Shown here piece by piece: positions 54,435 to 56,793 of a DNA stretch of 56,793 nt. The stretch's first letter is position 1, and every line of letters starts with the position of its first letter. A model generated the notes under the pieces. That model did not search any database. It saw only the letters and a list, made by a program, of their open reading frames with translations, and was not told the origin of the DNA. Source of the DNA: a virus (taxonomy: Duplodnaviria; Caudoviricetes); the IMG/VR virus record IMGVR_UViG_3300042509_002617, positions 1 to 56,793 of that record. One strand, 5' to 3'. The translations under genes and the position numbers were made by a program.

Positions 54435-55362
54435 GACCATCGTCCTGAACGCCGACCTGCACGGGTTCGGTGATGCCTGTATCACAGCGGTCATCGCGGA
54501 GAACTCCAAGGACCGGCCCGTCCGGCTGATCCACCGGGCAACCGGCGAGATGCGGGTGTTCCTGGAAATGCTCGGCCAGGAGGTGGTGGACCACGACCCG
54601 GAGCAATGTGCGGACACATTCTTGCCGTACCACACCCACGAGGTGCAGCTTGAGCGCGGCGAGGTCCCCAGGGTGCTGTCGCGGGCGCGAGCTCTCGGAA
54701 TCGATCTGTCCGACCTGACCCCAGAGACCATCCGGATGCCGACCGTCACCGTGGGGGAGGAGGCGACGATCTGGGCCAAGCGGGTGTGTGATGAAATGCG
54801 GGCGTTCGGGCACGCGAAAGCTGTCGCGCTGTGGCCCCAGACGTGCTACCAGTCGCGGGAGTGGCCGACGGGCCACTGGCACGATCTGGCGTGGGGCCTC
54901 CGGTCTCACGGTATCGGCTCGCGGTTCTTCCTCGGCACCAACGAAGAGCGGTGGCACAACACCCCGGGGTTTGTGTTCGGGATGGGCTGGGAGAAGTGGG
55001 CGGCGATGATGCTGGAGGCTGATCTCAATGTCGCGATCAGCTCCGGCCCAGCCAGCCTTGCGGCAATTGCACGGGCGGGTACAATTGTGCTCGAAGGGCC
55101 AACGAAGCCGACGATCTGGTGGCACGCCCCCCAGATCGAGACCATGCAGGTCGGGACTGACCGCGTGAGTTGTGTCGGGTGTCACTTTGGAAGCCCCTTT
55201 CGGAGTGCCTGCGATTTTGGATGTTTCGCGCTCGCGGCACTGACCCCGGATCTGGTTTTGTCGCGAGTCATACAGAGACTCGATGTCAGAGGAATTGAGC
55301 GTGTCCAGTTGCACCACTGGACCACACGGGATGTTGGTGCGCTCCGCCTCCCCGTGGCGTGA
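54427..55362 (+). CDS. Glycosyltransferase family 9 (ADP-heptose transferase-like)
   Basis: GFGD start, REWP..HW..L, ADL.VA..SGP..LAA, C-terminal CVGC...C...C. Confidence 0.75.
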   Translation: MPETIVLNADLHGFGDACITAVIAENSKDRPVRLIHRATGEMRVFLEMLGQEVVDHDPEQCADTFLPYHTHEVQLERGEVPRVLSRARALGIDLSDLTPETIRMPTVTVGEEATIWAKRVCDEMRAFGHAKAVALWPQTCYQSREWPTGHWHDLAWGLRSHGIGSRFFLGTNEERWHNTPGFVFGMGWEKWAAMMLEADLNVAISSGPASLAAIARAGTIVLEGPTKPTIWWHAPQIETMQVGTDRVSCVGCHFGSPFRSACDFGCFALAALTPDLVLSRVIQRLDVRGIERVQLHHWTTRDVGALRLPVA

Positions 55363-56104
55363 GCAGGACGAGAAGGTAATTCGCGAGGTCATTGACCAAG
55401 ACTGCTACGACCTCGCGTCGTTGGCGGACATGGTCAATCAAGACGACGATGTCGCACCCACAATCGTCGACGTGGGAGCCCACATCGGATCGTTTGCGAA
55501 AGCCTGCGAACTGCAATTCAGCAGGTTACGTCGAAGGGTGGTCTACCACGGTTTCGAACTGAACGCCAAGAACGTCCCGTTGCTGGTGAGGAACGTCGCT
55601 GCCAAGAACTTCGCCATGTTCGACGCACGGGCCTTCCACGCGGCGATTGAGCAGGGCCGGACCAGTGACGAGTACTGGTTCATGGACTCGATCCTGAAAA
55701 ATGGCGACCGGGCGACAGCCACCGGGGCCAGCCAGCTCCGTCCGAAGGGGGCCCGGCCCGTGATCAGCGACCACGCGGTGAGCGCCGCCCCTGCGGAGCA
55801 GATCCCGGTGATCGACATGATGACCGTGATCGACTGCATCGTTCGGGGTGAGATCTCGATTCTCAAACTGGATTGCGAGGGGGCTGAATTCCGCCTCCTC
55901 GACGCGCCGTGCAGTTGGCTCGATTCGGTCTCGGTGATCGTCGGCGAGTACCACGACCGGGAGCGGTGGGAGGAGTTCCTCAACAACCATTCCCGGCTGG
56001 CGATGTGGGACTATCGCGAGGTCAGCCGGCGCGAGGACAAACCCATCGGGATCTTCCACCTGATCAACCCCAACAAAGTGCAGGTGGGCCATGAGAACGA
56101 ATAG
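55283..56104 (+). CDS. FkbM-family SAM methyltransferase
   Basis: IVDVGAHIGSF, ILKLDCEGAEF, GEYH. Confidence 0.88.
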   Translation: MSEELSVSSCTTGPHGMLVRSASPWREQDEKVIREVIDQDCYDLASLADMVNQDDDVAPTIVDVGAHIGSFAKACELQFSRLRRRVVYHGFELNAKNVPLLVRNVAAKNFAMFDARAFHAAIEQGRTSDEYWFMDSILKNGDRATATGASQLRPKGARPVISDHAVSAAPAEQIPVIDMMTVIDCIVRGEISILKLDCEGAEFRLLDAPCSWLDSVSVIVGEYHDRERWEEFLNNHSRLAMWDYREVSRREDKPIGIFHLINPNKVQVGHENE

Positions 56105-56288
56105 CCAACCGAATCCACATCGACATCTGTCGTACTGGGCCGCCATGCTGCTGGCCGCCAGCATTCACCAGCGAGACCCCCGCGAGCTGAAGCGGCACAA
56201 CGTCGAGACGTGCTATCAGTGCGGGGCCAGGATCGGCCGGGGCCGCGCCGGGCGGAAGTGCCGCAAATGCCGGGAGGTGCAGCAGTGA
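56091..56288 (+). CDS. Small zinc-finger protein
   Basis: CYQC...CRKC. Confidence 0.5.
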   Translation: MRTNSQPNPHRHLSYWAAMLLAASIHQRDPRELKRHNVETCYQCGARIGRGRAGRKCRKCREVQQ

Positions 56289-56793
56289 GCCAACCTCTGA
56301 TTGTGGTGGTCGGGGAAACGATCCTCGACATGGACTACGAACTGCAGAAGCCGCCCGAGACCTCGCCGGATGGCTTCCCGGTGTACCCAGTCGGCTACTA
56401 TGCGACCCGCAAGAATGTCGGGGGAGCGGCGGCCGTGGCGGGCATGGCGAAGGCCTTCGGGGCCGATGTGCGACTCGTCACCCAGTACGACCCGGCGTAT
56501 GTGCCAGATCCTGCGGGCATCACACAAGGGCTGTGGTGGCGCGGCCCAGTGTGCGAGAAGCGGCGGTTCATCCACGACGGAAAGGTGGTGTTCCGTCTGG
56601 ATACCGATGTGCGGATCACGAGACTTCCGTTGTCGGTGCTTGAGGCGATCCGCGAGGAGTGCAACGGCAGGCCGGTTTACCTGATCCTGTCCGACTACGG
56701 CAAAGGGATGTTTGATCGTGGTCTGTGGGCCCACTCGATCCGCGCGTCAGTCAAAGTCGTCGAGAGCTTCGGGGACCCGCACCGGTCGCGGTC
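56285..56793 (+). CDS. hldA: N-terminal part of HldA/RfaE-domain-I-like kinase (continues to 500; about 293 aa on the circle)
   Basis: My translation: MSQPLIVVVGETILD...SPDG.PV...GGAAAVA...EKRRF...FRLD...SDYGKG, matching the RfaE kinase pattern; absent from the ORF track because it runs off the end. Confidence 0.8.
   Translation, partial: MSQPLIVVVGETILDMDYELQKPPETSPDGFPVYPVGYYATRKNVGGAAAVAGMAKAFGADVRLVTQYDPAYVPDPAGITQGLWWRGPVCEKRRFIHDGKVVFRLDTDVRITRLPLSVLEAIREECNGRPVYLILSDYGKGMFDRGLWAHSIRASVKVVESFGDPHRSR
56667..56793. repeat. Terminal direct repeat, copy 2
   Basis: Identical to 1-127. Confidence 0.95.

Noticed and set aside
56667-56793. 127-bp terminal repeat as a biological DTR
   Set aside because: The length equals a common assembler k-mer and it falls mid-gene, so it most likely marks circular assembly and not the packaged ends.

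Overview
The window appears to be a complete, circularly permuted temperate tailed-phage genome. The last 127 nt (56667-56793) repeat 1-127 exactly, which gives a 56,666-bp circle. It is GC-rich and siphovirus-like, with an HK97-type head, a tape measure protein and a -1 frameshifted tail chaperone. A Planctomycetota host is inferred, not shown. Modules: tyrosine integrase with an attP matching the 3' half of tRNA-Arg(TCT); an early region (excisionase-like HTHs, thyX, csrA, RecB/Cas4-like nuclease, putative annealase, SMC-like ATPase); replication initiator with iterons plus a DnaC-like loader; accessory genes (DUF5131, C5 methyltransferase, beta clamp, double SNase, GNATs); a late region; and head/tail genes. 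Most notable: (1) a heptose module spanning the assembly junction directly after the tail genes (GT9 heptosyltransferase-like, FkbM methyltransferase, HldA-like kinase, HldC-like nucleotidyltransferase), with Ser-rich virion proteins as candidate acceptors; (2) four tRNA-shaped elements around thyX that keep the acceptor and T arms but have replaced anticodon arms, interleaved with repeated pseudoknot motifs; (3) a lysis-position cassette with no recognisable endolysin, carrying a papain-like protease, a thioredoxin-like protein and a lipoprotein; (4) a genome-wide ACCAGTGTT-N3-AACACTGGT operator tied to sigma70-like promoters; (5) a MuF head protein with an AT-richer HEXXH C-terminal domain and a small coupled downstream ORF. 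All calls come from reading motifs by eye. No searches were run, and start codons are best estimates.
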